Assembly: GCA_037441385.1 (NCBI GenBank)
Contig: JBBISH010000003.1
Span: 1 to 64,000, forward strand
Source of the DNA: Myxococcales bacterium
GTDB taxonomy: Bacteria; Myxococcota_A; UBA9042
Direction: 5' to 3'
DNA: 64,000 nucleotides
Made by a program: the position numbers and the translations under genes. Below the pieces are notes generated by a model. The model saw only the letters and a list, made by a program, of their open reading frames with translations, had not been told where the DNA came from and searched no databases. Shown here piece after piece: positions 44,282 through 53,362 of the stretch. Position 1 is the stretch's first letter. Every line of letters starts with the position of its first letter.

Positions 44282-45795
44282 GCGAAACCCTGGCCCGCAA
44301 CGCCGACCTGTGGGAGCAGGCGGCGTGGCGCGATCTGGAAGGTGCCAGCTACTCGGTGCTGGGCCTGGGCAAGTCGGGCGTGGCGGCGGCCAATGCCCTG
44401 GCGGCGCGCGGGGCGCGGGTGCTCGCCGTGGACGACGCGCCCGAGCACAAGCTGACGGAACAGCTGCAGCAGTTGGCCCCGGGCATCGAAGTGGCGGTGG
44501 GCGGCGGTCCGGCCGGGCGGAGGGGCGATCTGTTCGTGCTGTCGCCGGGAATCGGCCCGCATTCCAATCGGTTTCGCGATGTGCAGGCGCTGGCGAGCGG
44601 CGTAGTGGGCGAGCTGGAGCTGTTCTACCGGCTCGAACGTGGCGACTCGGGCCTGGGCGTGCCGATCGCGGCGATCTCGGGGACGGACGGCAAGACCACG
44701 ACCACCTTGTGGACCGGGCACTTGCTGCAGCAGGCGGGCTACCAGGTCACGGTCGGCGGCAACATCGGCGACCCGCTCTGCGGCTTCCTGGGCCAGTTTG
44801 GGCCCAGTTCGGTGGTGGTGGCCGAGGTCAGCGCCTTCCAGCTGTGGACCTGCCAGCAGTTCCGGCCGCGCGCCGCGGTGGTGACGAACATCGCGCTGGA
44901 TCACATGGATTATTTCCACAACGATCTAGAGCGCTACGTTCGGACCAAGTGCAGCGTGCGCCACAAGATGGGGCCGGGCGACTGGTACGCGGTCAACGGC
45001 GACGACGTGGAGCTGGAGGACGAGCGGGCGCTGCTGCGCAAGGGCGTGGCCCACGCCTGGCAAGTGTTCTCGACTCAAGGGATTCCCGAGCGCGGCCTGG
45101 GCTTTGACGGCGAGCGCCTGTGGTGGGCCTTGGGCGGAAGCCAGCGCATCGCCTTGTGCCACGTCAGCGAACTGGGGGCCGATGGCCGCTTCCCGATCAC
45201 GGGCTTGCACAACGTAGAGAACGCCCTGGCAGCCAGTTCGCTGGCGCTGGCGTTTGGGGTGCCGTTGGCCGAGTTGCGCGCGGGTCTGCGCTCTTTTGGC
45301 CTGCCCTCGCACCGCATCGAGCCGGTGGGCCACATCGGGCAAGTGCGCTTCTTTGACGACAGCAAGGCCACCAACCCGCACGCCGCCATCGCCGGCTTGC
45401 GCGCCATGACCAAGGCGCCGGGCGAGCGCGTGGTCTGGATCGCGGGCGGATCCGAGAAGGACAGCGACTTTGCCGAGCTGGGTACGGTAGTCGCCGAGCT
45501 GGCCGACGCCGCGGTCCTCATCGGCCAAACCGCAGAGCGCATCGCGGCTTGCCTGCCCTCTGGCTTCCAGGTCGCGCGGGCGGCCAAGTTGGAAGAGGCG
45601 GTCGTCACGGCGCTGCAGCTGTGTGGCGACCAGGGCGCGGTGCTGCTCAGCCCGGCGTGCGCGTCGTACGACATGTTCCGCAGCTACGCCCACCGCGGCG
45701 ACGTATTTGCCGGCGCGGTGGCGGCCTTGGGCAAGGCAATGGGGCGCTTCCAGCCGCCCGCCGCGGCGACTATGGCGACCCCGCACCCACACTGA
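44278..45795 (+). CDS. murD: UDP-MurNAc-L-Ala--D-glutamate ligase
   Basis: GLGKSG, GTDGKTTTT, GGNIG, DDSKATN, LLSPACASYDMF..Y..RG. Confidence 0.94.
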   Translation: MSETLARNADLWEQAAWRDLEGASYSVLGLGKSGVAAANALAARGARVLAVDDAPEHKLTEQLQQLAPGIEVAVGGGPAGRRGDLFVLSPGIGPHSNRFRDVQALASGVVGELELFYRLERGDSGLGVPIAAISGTDGKTTTTLWTGHLLQQAGYQVTVGGNIGDPLCGFLGQFGPSSVVVAEVSAFQLWTCQQFRPRAAVVTNIALDHMDYFHNDLERYVRTKCSVRHKMGPGDWYAVNGDDVELEDERALLRKGVAHAWQVFSTQGIPERGLGFDGERLWWALGGSQRIALCHVSELGADGRFPITGLHNVENALAASSLALAFGVPLAELRAGLRSFGLPSHRIEPVGHIGQVRFFDDSKATNPHAAIAGLRAMTKAPGERVVWIAGGSEKDSDFAELGTVVAELADAAVLIGQTAERIAACLPSGFQVARAAKLEEAVVTALQLCGDQGAVLLSPACASYDMFRSYAHRGDVFAGAVAALGKAMGRFQPPAAATMATPHPH

Positions 45796-46747
45796 GCTGG
45801 GCCCGGCACCAGGCCGAATTCGCCCGCGCCAAGGGCGCTTGCTGGCGCATGCGCACCGCCTGATCCCACGCCGCCACCGCGCCTGCGCAGTCGCCGTTGC
45901 GCGCCAACAGCACGCCGCGCACGAAAACACTTGGATAGGTGGGGTCGCGCTCGGCCAGCTGGCCAAGGAGCTGCAAGCGCCGCTCGATCGGCAGGGCGTC
46001 GTTGGCCTCGATGCGGAACCGCAGCACCAGATCCTGCACGTCTGCCGGCAGATGCGGGCGATCGGGCAGGCGGGCGCCCAATTCGAGCATCCGCTGCGCG
46101 GCCATCGCCTCGACCACGCGGGCCGCCGCCGGCTGCAGTCGCCCCGCCTTCTCGAACCGGTCCATGCCGATCGCCTGCAGCGTGGCGCGCAGGCCCGGCG
46201 CCAACCGGTCGACCTGCCCGTCCTGCTTGCCGGCGTGCAGCGGGTCCAGGGCCAGCTCGATGCCCGCCCGCACGTCGCGGCCATAGCGCACGGCCATCGC
46301 CCGCAGCGCGTCGGGCCCTGCCGTCAAAACCAGCGTCCGCACGCGCTCTTGCAGCCCCGACAGCAGCAGCCGCGCCGGTAGGCTCGACTCCACGTCCAGG
46401 GCGCCCAGGTCGCGCTCGTAGGTCAGCCAGGCCGCCAGATCCTCTCGGATCTTCTGTTCTTGGGTGGCGCGCCCGCCCGCGCCCCGTTTGACATCTGCAA
46501 CTAGCAGCGCATCGTCGCGGCGAGCCATTTCGGCCAGCCCGTCCAAATCACTCATCCAGTCGCGCAGTTGCAGCGACGGCTCCACGACTTCGCGTACCGG
46601 CGGCGCCCACAGGATGGCGGCGGCGGCCACGGCAACCAGCGCGGCCAGTGTAGTCCAAACGAGCCCCGGAGGCGGCAAAAGCACAGGCTCTTCGGGGCCT
46701 TGCTCGGCCTCGGGCCCGTCGTCAACCACCGCCGGCGATTCGCTCAT
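45770..46747 (-). CDS. Membrane-anchored hypothetical protein with TPR
   Basis: ATGA overlap with the TlpA stop; TM helix; C-terminal TPR-like. Confidence 0.7.
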   Translation of the reverse strand: MSESPAVVDDGPEAEQGPEEPVLLPPPGLVWTTLAALVAVAAAAILWAPPVREVVEPSLQLRDWMSDLDGLAEMARRDDALLVADVKRGAGGRATQEQKIREDLAAWLTYERDLGALDVESSLPARLLLSGLQERVRTLVLTAGPDALRAMAVRYGRDVRAGIELALDPLHAGKQDGQVDRLAPGLRATLQAIGMDRFEKAGRLQPAAARVVEAMAAQRMLELGARLPDRPHLPADVQDLVLRFRIEANDALPIERRLQLLGQLAERDPTYPSVFVRGVLLARNGDCAGAVAAWDQAVRMRQQAPLARANSAWCRAQLSVGAGSP

Positions 46748-47433
46748 GGCGTCTTGGTCGCGGGTGGGCACAGCATGCCAATCGCGCGGATCATGCGCGT
46801 TTGCGACCACTTTTGCCCGGCGATAAAGCGCGCCGCGACCCTACCGCGAATGATCACCCATGTTTCGGGCAGTTTTTCGGTACCCAGCGACAGGCGCAGC
46901 ATCTTGCTGGCGTCGCCGTCTTGGCCCTCGGGGTCGCGGAGCCAGACGCCGGACAACTTGGCCGGGTCGCCCACGGTCTTGCGCAGGGTCGCATTGGGAG
47001 CATCCCAATCGTCGTCGTAGCCCACCGCCGTCAGGCTGCAGCGCGTGCCTTCGAGCGACCGGGCGAGTTCGGCGATTTCTGGCAGTTCCTCTAGGCAAGG
47101 CGGGCACCAACTGGCCCAGAAATGCAGGAAGATCACGTCGGCCTTCTCGGCCACGGCGCGCAGCGAAGTCGGCTGGCCGGGCGCCGCGGGATTGCCTTGC
47201 AGCGCCAGGTCATACTCACCGGGCGACACGGGCCGGTCGTAGAGTTCTGCGCCCAGGTCGGCCATCAGCTGGCGAGCCCGCTCGGTGGGACGGGCTTGCG
47301 CCATGAACCGCCAGGCGATCGCCGCGCCTGCCAGAGCAAGCACCGCCAGGGCCAGCCAAAGCGCACGGCGCGACTCGGGGCGTTGGCCAGCCACGGCGGC
47401 GGTACGGGTTGGTTGTGCTGCAGGTTGCGCCAT
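46744..47433 (-). CDS. TlpA-like thiol-disulfide oxidoreductase
   Basis: TM anchor; HFWASWCPPC..E.P; LPET. Confidence 0.9.
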   Translation of the reverse strand: MAQPAAQPTRTAAVAGQRPESRRALWLALAVLALAGAAIAWRFMAQARPTERARQLMADLGAELYDRPVSPGEYDLALQGNPAAPGQPTSLRAVAEKADVIFLHFWASWCPPCLEELPEIAELARSLEGTRCSLTAVGYDDDWDAPNATLRKTVGDPAKLSGVWLRDPEGQDGDASKMLRLSLGTEKLPETWVIIRGRVAARFIAGQKWSQTRMIRAIGMLCPPATKTP

Positions 47434-47491
47434 GTCGATTCCGCGCCAGGCCCTTCTGGCGTCGCCAGACTACATCAACCCGGCCAGTCCG

Positions 47492-48754
47492 TCACGATCC
47501 GGGGACGACCGCAGGCGTCGCCGCTTGGCTGAGCGTCACCGCTTGGCTGAGCATCACCGCGTCGGGCGGCGGGACCCACGCTTGACCAGCCGGCGTGGCC
47601 AGCTCGGCCAAGCTCTTGCGGTACGCCGGCAGCAGCACCGGGGTGGCGAACACGACGCTGGCGTACTCGCGGCCCAGCGCGCTCACCAGCACGCCCGGCT
47701 GACGCTCGACCCAGCGGCCGGTCTGAGCGGACTTGCGGAGCGCGTCAAAATCCCCCGCGTCCATGGTAAAAAGTTGCGTCCGCTTGGCTACCACCAGCGC
47801 GCCCGAGAGCGGCAGGGGCCAGCAAGGCATCCGACCCGAGCGCAGCGCCCACGCCCCGTCGGCCAAGTCGCCGTCGCAGCTGCCGCTGGCCAAGTGGAAG
47901 GTGCCGCGGCGCACGTCGCCGGGGTAACGGACCCGCAAATCGTCGAACTGAAACGACTCGGCGGGCACGGCGGGCAAGACGATCCCCTGCACGCTGTTCA
48001 AGTTGGCCAGTACGACGGCCAGGACCTGCAAGACCGCTCCCGCCCAAGCCAATCCGCGCAACCACCCCGGCGAAGCCCGCCTGCGACCGGCGAGCCCAAG
48101 GGGCAGGAATTGCGGTCGCAGCACCACGCCCATCGTCAGGCCACCGACCGCACCGCCCAAATGCGCCACGCGATCCGTGTGTTGCCCGCCCACGAGCAGC
48201 AGCGCCAGCAAGCACAGACCGGGCACGCCGATCATCAGCCAGCGCATCCGCGGACCCAACCGCGGCGCCAACTTGACACCCAGCGCCACCAGCGCCGCGA
48301 CCAGGCCGTAGACGGACCCCGACGCGCCCACCGTCACTTGCAGCGGCGGGTTGCCCAGCATGGCGATGCCCGCGAACAGCCCAGAACCAAACCAGATCAG
48401 CAGCAGCCGCGCCGGACCGTAGGCGGCTTCGATCGGCCGACCGACCACCCACAGCATCAGCGCGTTGACGCCCAGGTGCAGCACATCGGTATGCGCCCAG
48501 GTGGGCGTGATCAGCCGCCACCAGTGCCCGCGGACGACGTAATAGGGAATGTGGCCCAAGGCCAGCAGCCACTGCGTGTCGGCGTTGTCGCCCAGCCAAA
48601 GGCCCGCACTGTCTTGCACGAACCAGCTGGCCAGGAGCGCCACGGTCAACCAGCCCACGCCCGGCCGGCGCATCCGCCACGCCAGCCCCAGCCAGCGCAG
48701 CCACGCCAGTTGCACCATGTCGCTGGGCAGTTGGGGCGGACTCGAACCGTCCAC
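47492..48754 (-). CDS. Rhomboid intramembrane serine protease with C-terminal extension
   Basis: WWRL, HLGVN, GASG, AHLGG. Confidence 0.9.
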   Translation of the reverse strand: MDGSSPPQLPSDMVQLAWLRWLGLAWRMRRPGVGWLTVALLASWFVQDSAGLWLGDNADTQWLLALGHIPYYVVRGHWWRLITPTWAHTDVLHLGVNALMLWVVGRPIEAAYGPARLLLIWFGSGLFAGIAMLGNPPLQVTVGASGSVYGLVAALVALGVKLAPRLGPRMRWLMIGVPGLCLLALLLVGGQHTDRVAHLGGAVGGLTMGVVLRPQFLPLGLAGRRRASPGWLRGLAWAGAVLQVLAVVLANLNSVQGIVLPAVPAESFQFDDLRVRYPGDVRRGTFHLASGSCDGDLADGAWALRSGRMPCWPLPLSGALVVAKRTQLFTMDAGDFDALRKSAQTGRWVERQPGVLVSALGREYASVVFATPVLLPAYRKSLAELATPAGQAWVPPPDAVMLSQAVTLSQAATPAVVPGS

Positions 48755-48757
48755 GCG

Positions 48758-49387
48758 CTACTTGCCTCGCGGGAACAGCTTGCCAAAGGCGCCCAGCACT
48801 TCGCGGCGCGTCGCATAGACTTCGCGCATCCGCTCCAGCCGCTCGGCGATCTTGCCCATGCGCTGCTCAAAGGCCGGGCGAATCTCTGCTGGGATGTCCT
48901 GATCGTAGCCGGCGCCGCGGAGCCGCGCGCGAATCTCGGCCGCTTTGCTGTGGGCCGTGTCGATGGCACTGGCGTGCTCCTTCAGATATTTCTCCAGTTC
49001 CGGCAAGGCCTTATCGGGCGTCTTGGCGTTCTTCTCCAAGATGTCGATCCCGCCCTCGATGAGCGTGTTGTTGGTGTCGATCGAGGCCTGCACCTCGGCC
49101 AGCATCTGGGCGTCCAACTTCAGATCGGGTTTGCCAAAGTACTGGGGCACGTTGCCGGCATCCGGGCCGGTGCAGCCAACGCAATTGGGATCGGGCTTGT
49201 TGGTCGCGACAAAGCCGCTCGGCTCGGCGCCTGGTCCCACTTGCGTGGCGGTGGATCCGTGCGGCAAATCCGCGGCCTGGCTCGCAGTCGCGGCGCCAGC
49301 AGGTGCCGGTGTGGACTTGTTGCAGGCCGTCAGGCTGGCCATCAACGCCGCGGCAGTCACCAGACCAGCCAAAAGGGGTTGTCGCAT
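48758..49387 (-). CDS. Hypothetical helical lipoprotein
   Basis: LTAC lipobox; coding-type codon usage; CVGC motif. Confidence 0.75.
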   Translation of the reverse strand: MRQPLLAGLVTAAALMASLTACNKSTPAPAGAATASQAADLPHGSTATQVGPGAEPSGFVATNKPDPNCVGCTGPDAGNVPQYFGKPDLKLDAQMLAEVQASIDTNNTLIEGGIDILEKNAKTPDKALPELEKYLKEHASAIDTAHSKAAEIRARLRGAGYDQDIPAEIRPAFEQRMGKIAERLERMREVYATRREVLGAFGKLFPRGK

Positions 49388-49417
49388 CAGTCCTCGCTTT
49401 GGGGGAGGGTTGGCCCG

Positions 49418-50347
49418 CTACAGGGCCTGCAGAAGTTTACGAACCCACTCGGCTTTGGCGTGGTCGGGGAACAGGGACAAGAACTGAGCGTAGACCTTGC
49501 GGGCCTGGGCCGACTTGCCGGTCGATTGGTAGAGCTGACCCAGCAGCAGCATGGCGTCGTCGTAGTTCCCCGCCGACTTCAGCGCTTTTTCCGCCGGTCC
49601 CATCTGGCCCGCGTCAAAGTAGGCGCGCCCCAACAGCGTCAACGTCCGCACCGAGTGCCGCAGCTGCTGCGAGGCCCGCAAGTCGTTGATCGCGCCGTTC
49701 AAGTCGCCTTGCTCCAGCTTGCGTTTGCCGCTGTAGTACAGGTCGGTCGCGTCGGCGCCTTCGGGCACGACCACACCGCCGTCGGCCTTGGCAGGCTCGG
49801 TTTTCGCGGGCTCGACTTTGGCGGGCTCGGCCTTGGCCGCCTTGCTGTCGCTCCTCTCGGCCTTCTCGGTTTTGTCCGATTTGTCAGCCTTTTCAGCTTT
49901 TTCTGCCTTGTCGACTTTCTCCGGTCGCTCGGCTTTGGCGACCACCGGTTCAGCGACCTTGGCCGGTTCAGCCCCTTTGGCTGGCTCTGCGGCTTTGACC
50001 GGCTCGGCGGCCGGCGGGTTCAGTGGCGCGGCCGGCCCTGCGTCGGGTGCAGCTGCGGGCGCGGCAGCCGGCTCGGCGGCCTGTACGACCGCGGGCGAGG
50101 CCGCCGCGGGCTGGGCGACAGGGGTCGCTTCGGCTGGAGCGTCGGCGGCGGTGGGCGAAGCCGCGGTGGGCAACAACTCTGGCTTGTCCAGCAACTGCTC
50201 GACGTGGTGCGCCAAGCGCGGCGGTTGCGGCCCCGGTTCGGCAGTGCAGGCCGCGAACAGGACGGCAACCAGCAGCGCCCCAGACAGCGGCAGCGACTGC
50301 GCGCGGAGGGGAATGGGGCAGGCAATTTGGCGGCGGCAAGCCATCAT
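49418..50347 (-). CDS. Lipoprotein with Pro/Ala/Lys linker and C-terminal TPRs
   Basis: FAAC lipobox; (KAE)n linker; LGRAYF, LLLGQLY..GK..A...Y..FL..FP. Confidence 0.78.
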   Translation of the reverse strand: MMACRRQIACPIPLRAQSLPLSGALLVAVLFAACTAEPGPQPPRLAHHVEQLLDKPELLPTAASPTAADAPAEATPVAQPAAASPAVVQAAEPAAAPAAAPDAGPAAPLNPPAAEPVKAAEPAKGAEPAKVAEPVVAKAERPEKVDKAEKAEKADKSDKTEKAERSDSKAAKAEPAKVEPAKTEPAKADGGVVVPEGADATDLYYSGKRKLEQGDLNGAINDLRASQQLRHSVRTLTLLGRAYFDAGQMGPAEKALKSAGNYDDAMLLLGQLYQSTGKSAQARKVYAQFLSLFPDHAKAEWVRKLLQAL

Positions 50348-50426
50348 CGGCGATCTCGGTCCTTCGCGGGCCCGTTGGAGCGCAGGGCACCCGCACGGCC
50401 CGATTCGGGCAGCAGGCACGAGCAGG

Positions 50427-51437
50427 TTAGCCCCCGTGCTGGCTCTGGTCAAACGTTTGCCCAATTGCCTGCCAATGCGGTAAAGGCAATTGCCCGGTCA
50501 AATCAAGCCACAGCAAGCTACCTGCCGGATGGGCGGGCAGAGCGCGCAGCTGCAGAAACTGGGGATGGAGACGCGCGGCCAGGGCCTGAGGATCTGCGGC
50601 CAAGCAGCGCACCGCCGCTCGCAGACCAAAATGACTTGGGGCCACGGCTCCAGGCCAGTTAGAAGCTGCGCCAAGGAATTGGCTAGCCAACTCAGCAACT
50701 TCACTACGCCGAACCTCGGGCCAGCGCGGCTGCGCAACCAGCCCCTGCAACACGGCCAGGGCGTGCAACTGGGCGCGCTCGCTGAAATGTCCGCGGCCGT
50801 GCAGCGACTCCAGCTCGCTTCCCCAACCCGTGCGCGTGGCCACACCGTACAGCACGGGCTCGCCGGGAGCGTCGGGATCGCGCAGCGCCAGCACGCACGC
50901 GTCGGCGTCTGGCAGTTCCGTGTCCCAGGCCGCCGCAGTACAGTCGGCAATGCGGGCTCGCGCTGGCCGAGCGGCCGAGCCAGCCAGATCGTCGGCACAC
51001 GTCAACGCCGGAACTTCGCCCCAGAAAACGGCCTCTGGATGCGCTTGCAGGGCCAGGACCAGACCGGCGGCGTCGGGCAAACCTTGTTCGGTGCGGCCCA
51101 CGTCCAAATAGCGTGCGCCTGCCGCCAACGTGGTCAGCGCGACCTGGCCCGCCACCGGCTCGGCCCGCAAGACCACGTCGCCGGGCTGAAGGAGCCGACC
51201 CAGCGCCAAATCCACGGCCTCGCGGTCGCTGGCACAGACGAGCAGGTCGTCGGGTTTCAGCGGCGCGCCGGCCTGCCGCAAGAGCGTCGCCCATTGCCGC
51301 CGAATTTCGCCCAGGTAGTCCCGCTCGGCCAACTCGCGATCCGAAACAGGCCGGTGGTCGCGCCGGGCGGCCGCCAGGTACTTGCGCACCGGGAAACGCC
51401 TTGGGTCGAGCCACGGCGACGCGCTGGTCGGGGTCAC
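50427..51437 (-). CDS. Degenerate PLP-dependent aminotransferase-fold (HisC-like) protein
   Basis: DDLLVCASDREAVDLALGRLLQPGDVV..EP resembles the class I/II N-terminal motif; the PLP-lysine motif is missing; GTGA overlap start. Confidence 0.6.
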   Translation of the reverse strand: MTPTSASPWLDPRRFPVRKYLAAARRDHRPVSDRELAERDYLGEIRRQWATLLRQAGAPLKPDDLLVCASDREAVDLALGRLLQPGDVVLRAEPVAGQVALTTLAAGARYLDVGRTEQGLPDAAGLVLALQAHPEAVFWGEVPALTCADDLAGSAARPARARIADCTAAAWDTELPDADACVLALRDPDAPGEPVLYGVATRTGWGSELESLHGRGHFSERAQLHALAVLQGLVAQPRWPEVRRSEVAELASQFLGAASNWPGAVAPSHFGLRAAVRCLAADPQALAARLHPQFLQLRALPAHPAGSLLWLDLTGQLPLPHWQAIGQTFDQSQHGG

Positions 51438-53104
51438 GCGGCCCTCGCTTCGCTGCGGCGACGCCAGAGCACGATCGCGCCGATGGTCAGTGCCAGACCG
51501 ATAGCCAGCCAGCGGGCCGAGGCGTGGCCCTGGCTGTCGAACCCAGGCCGATCCCAATCCGGCGGACGCTCGCCGCGATCCAAGAACTCCAACTCCTTGC
51601 GGACCCGCTCGGTCTTGTCGGCAAAGGCGATCGCGCCGGGCGCTTCGGCGAGCTCGATGTAGCGGCGCAAATCGCGGGCGGCGGCCCTGGCGTCTTGATC
51701 CTGAAAGACTTTGCTGCGCACGTAGTACACATCCGGGTCCAGGGGCCCGATCTCCACCGCCTTGCGCGCGTACTTCTCGGCCTCGGCCTGCTGGCCGCTC
51801 CAGTAGTTGCCCATGGCCAAATAGATCGGCACGCGGGCTTCGTGCGGCAGCCGGGTTTCCAGCGCGTGGAACAACTCGATGGCGTGGGCAAAGTCGGCAT
51901 CATAGAACACTTTGACTGCATACAGAAATTGCGCAACCACGTCGCCGGGGTCGCGGGCGCGTTCGGTCAACTTCGCGGCCAGCCGGTGCCACGCTTGTTC
52001 GATGTCTGGCCGGCCCTTTGTGCCATGCATTCGATTGAAAACACCCGACAAGTGCGCCAGCACGGACGGTCGGTCCGGCGCCGCGTGGTACAGCTCTTCG
52101 TACGTCGCCACCGCCTCTTCGAACTGCTGGGCGCGGAAGCAAGCGGTCGCCCACAGCGCCAATGAGTCGGGATCGTTGCGGAAACGCGCACGCGCCACCT
52201 TGGCCCAGCGCATCTCGGCGGCGGCATCGCCCATCCGCCCGGCCAGCGCTGCACGCTGCAGCAAATCTGCCAGCGAAGCACTTTGACCGTCGCCGAGTTG
52301 CTGGTCCATCAGTGCGGCCGCCGCCGGCCACTGGCCCACCGCGTTGTACCAGTCCAGCTCGCGGTACACCTCGCAAACGTGGGGCTTGGCAGCCCGTTTG
52401 CGGCACTCGGCGCGCGCAAGGTCGGCCTCGGCTGCGCGGCCCAGCGACGCCAGCGCGGCGGCCCGCAGGGGCAGCACCTCGGCCGACACGCGAGCCACAT
52501 CCTGGGTCGCCTGCACCACTGCGCCCTGGTACGAACCGGCCAAGTCGCGCTCGCCCAACTGCGCCAGCAGAACGGCCAGTCCCCACGCGAGCGTCGGCTC
52601 GGCAGCGGTGGGGGGCCACTGCTTGGCAAGCGCCAGCGCAGCCTGTTTGGCGCCAGCCGGATCGCGCAACGCCTGCTCGCGGGCGATCAGGCCCAGCTGC
52701 TGCAGGGGCTCGACGGTCGGGGCCTTGCCGGTCGCCTCCACCTGCGTCCAGGCAAACTGCCCGTCCAGTCCGCGCAGCCGCTCGATCAGCGCCGTGCGCA
52801 AGGGCCCTTGCGGCCCTTCAACATGGAACTGCTTGGTGTCGTCGGCCGTTGGGCTGGCGTCGGCCGAGGGGCGGGTCACGTCGAATTGCTGGGAATCGGC
52901 GTCGGCTTTCTGCAAGACCACCTGGATGCGGTCTTGGCGCACCACCACCGACTGCGGCCGATAGCCGTCGCCCAGCGGCGGAGCCTGCGGGTCGGTCAAC
53001 GCCCGCGCCAACAGCGGCTGCATTTGCGGGCTCACCACCCACAGCGCCCATGCAGACGGAACCTGGACCAACCACAACGCAATGACGATGAGACTGCGAA
53101 CCAT
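51434..53104 (-). CDS. Secreted TPR-repeat protein with C-terminal TM anchor
   Basis: Signal peptide; TPR helices; C-terminal TM followed by RRR. Confidence 0.8.
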   Translation of the reverse strand: MVRSLIVIALWLVQVPSAWALWVVSPQMQPLLARALTDPQAPPLGDGYRPQSVVVRQDRIQVVLQKADADSQQFDVTRPSADASPTADDTKQFHVEGPQGPLRTALIERLRGLDGQFAWTQVEATGKAPTVEPLQQLGLIAREQALRDPAGAKQAALALAKQWPPTAAEPTLAWGLAVLLAQLGERDLAGSYQGAVVQATQDVARVSAEVLPLRAAALASLGRAAEADLARAECRKRAAKPHVCEVYRELDWYNAVGQWPAAAALMDQQLGDGQSASLADLLQRAALAGRMGDAAAEMRWAKVARARFRNDPDSLALWATACFRAQQFEEAVATYEELYHAAPDRPSVLAHLSGVFNRMHGTKGRPDIEQAWHRLAAKLTERARDPGDVVAQFLYAVKVFYDADFAHAIELFHALETRLPHEARVPIYLAMGNYWSGQQAEAEKYARKAVEIGPLDPDVYYVRSKVFQDQDARAAARDLRRYIELAEAPGAIAFADKTERVRKELEFLDRGERPPDWDRPGFDSQGHASARWLAIGLALTIGAIVLWRRRSEARAA

Positions 53105-53218
53105 GGCCGCAGTATAGGCACAGGCGCAGGCCGGCGGCCACCCACACTGCAGCAATCCTGTACTTTCAGGACGTTTCTGTGCCCACGCGGTCGCGTATTG
53201 CCGTCGCGCCCCCATGTC

Positions 53219-53323
53219 GCTACCCTGCCGCTACCCTGCCGCTACCCCGGCGCGGCGCTCGTCGCCCGCTGATCCAGCTCAGGGCACTGACCCCGATCTC
53301 GGATACTGATCCCGGTCTCGGGT
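53219..53323. repeat. Direct repeats in a divergent intergenic region (11 bp x~2.7 and 19 bp x2)
   Basis: GCTACCCTGCC GCTACCCTGCC GCTACCC; ACTGACCCCGATCTCGGAT ACTGATCCCGGTCTCGGGT. Confidence 0.7.
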
Positions 53324-53362
53324 AATGAACAAGGTCTTGAGCGATGACCCAGAGGACGCACC

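Noticed and set aside
47519..47560. 18-bp tandem duplication in the rhomboid 3' end
   Set aside because: In frame (LSQAVT-like) within a disordered tail; probably neutral
47285..50662. 1125-aa plus-strand ORF
   Set aside because: Antisense to four or more well-supported minus-strand genes; stop-poor frame expected at high GC; no motifs
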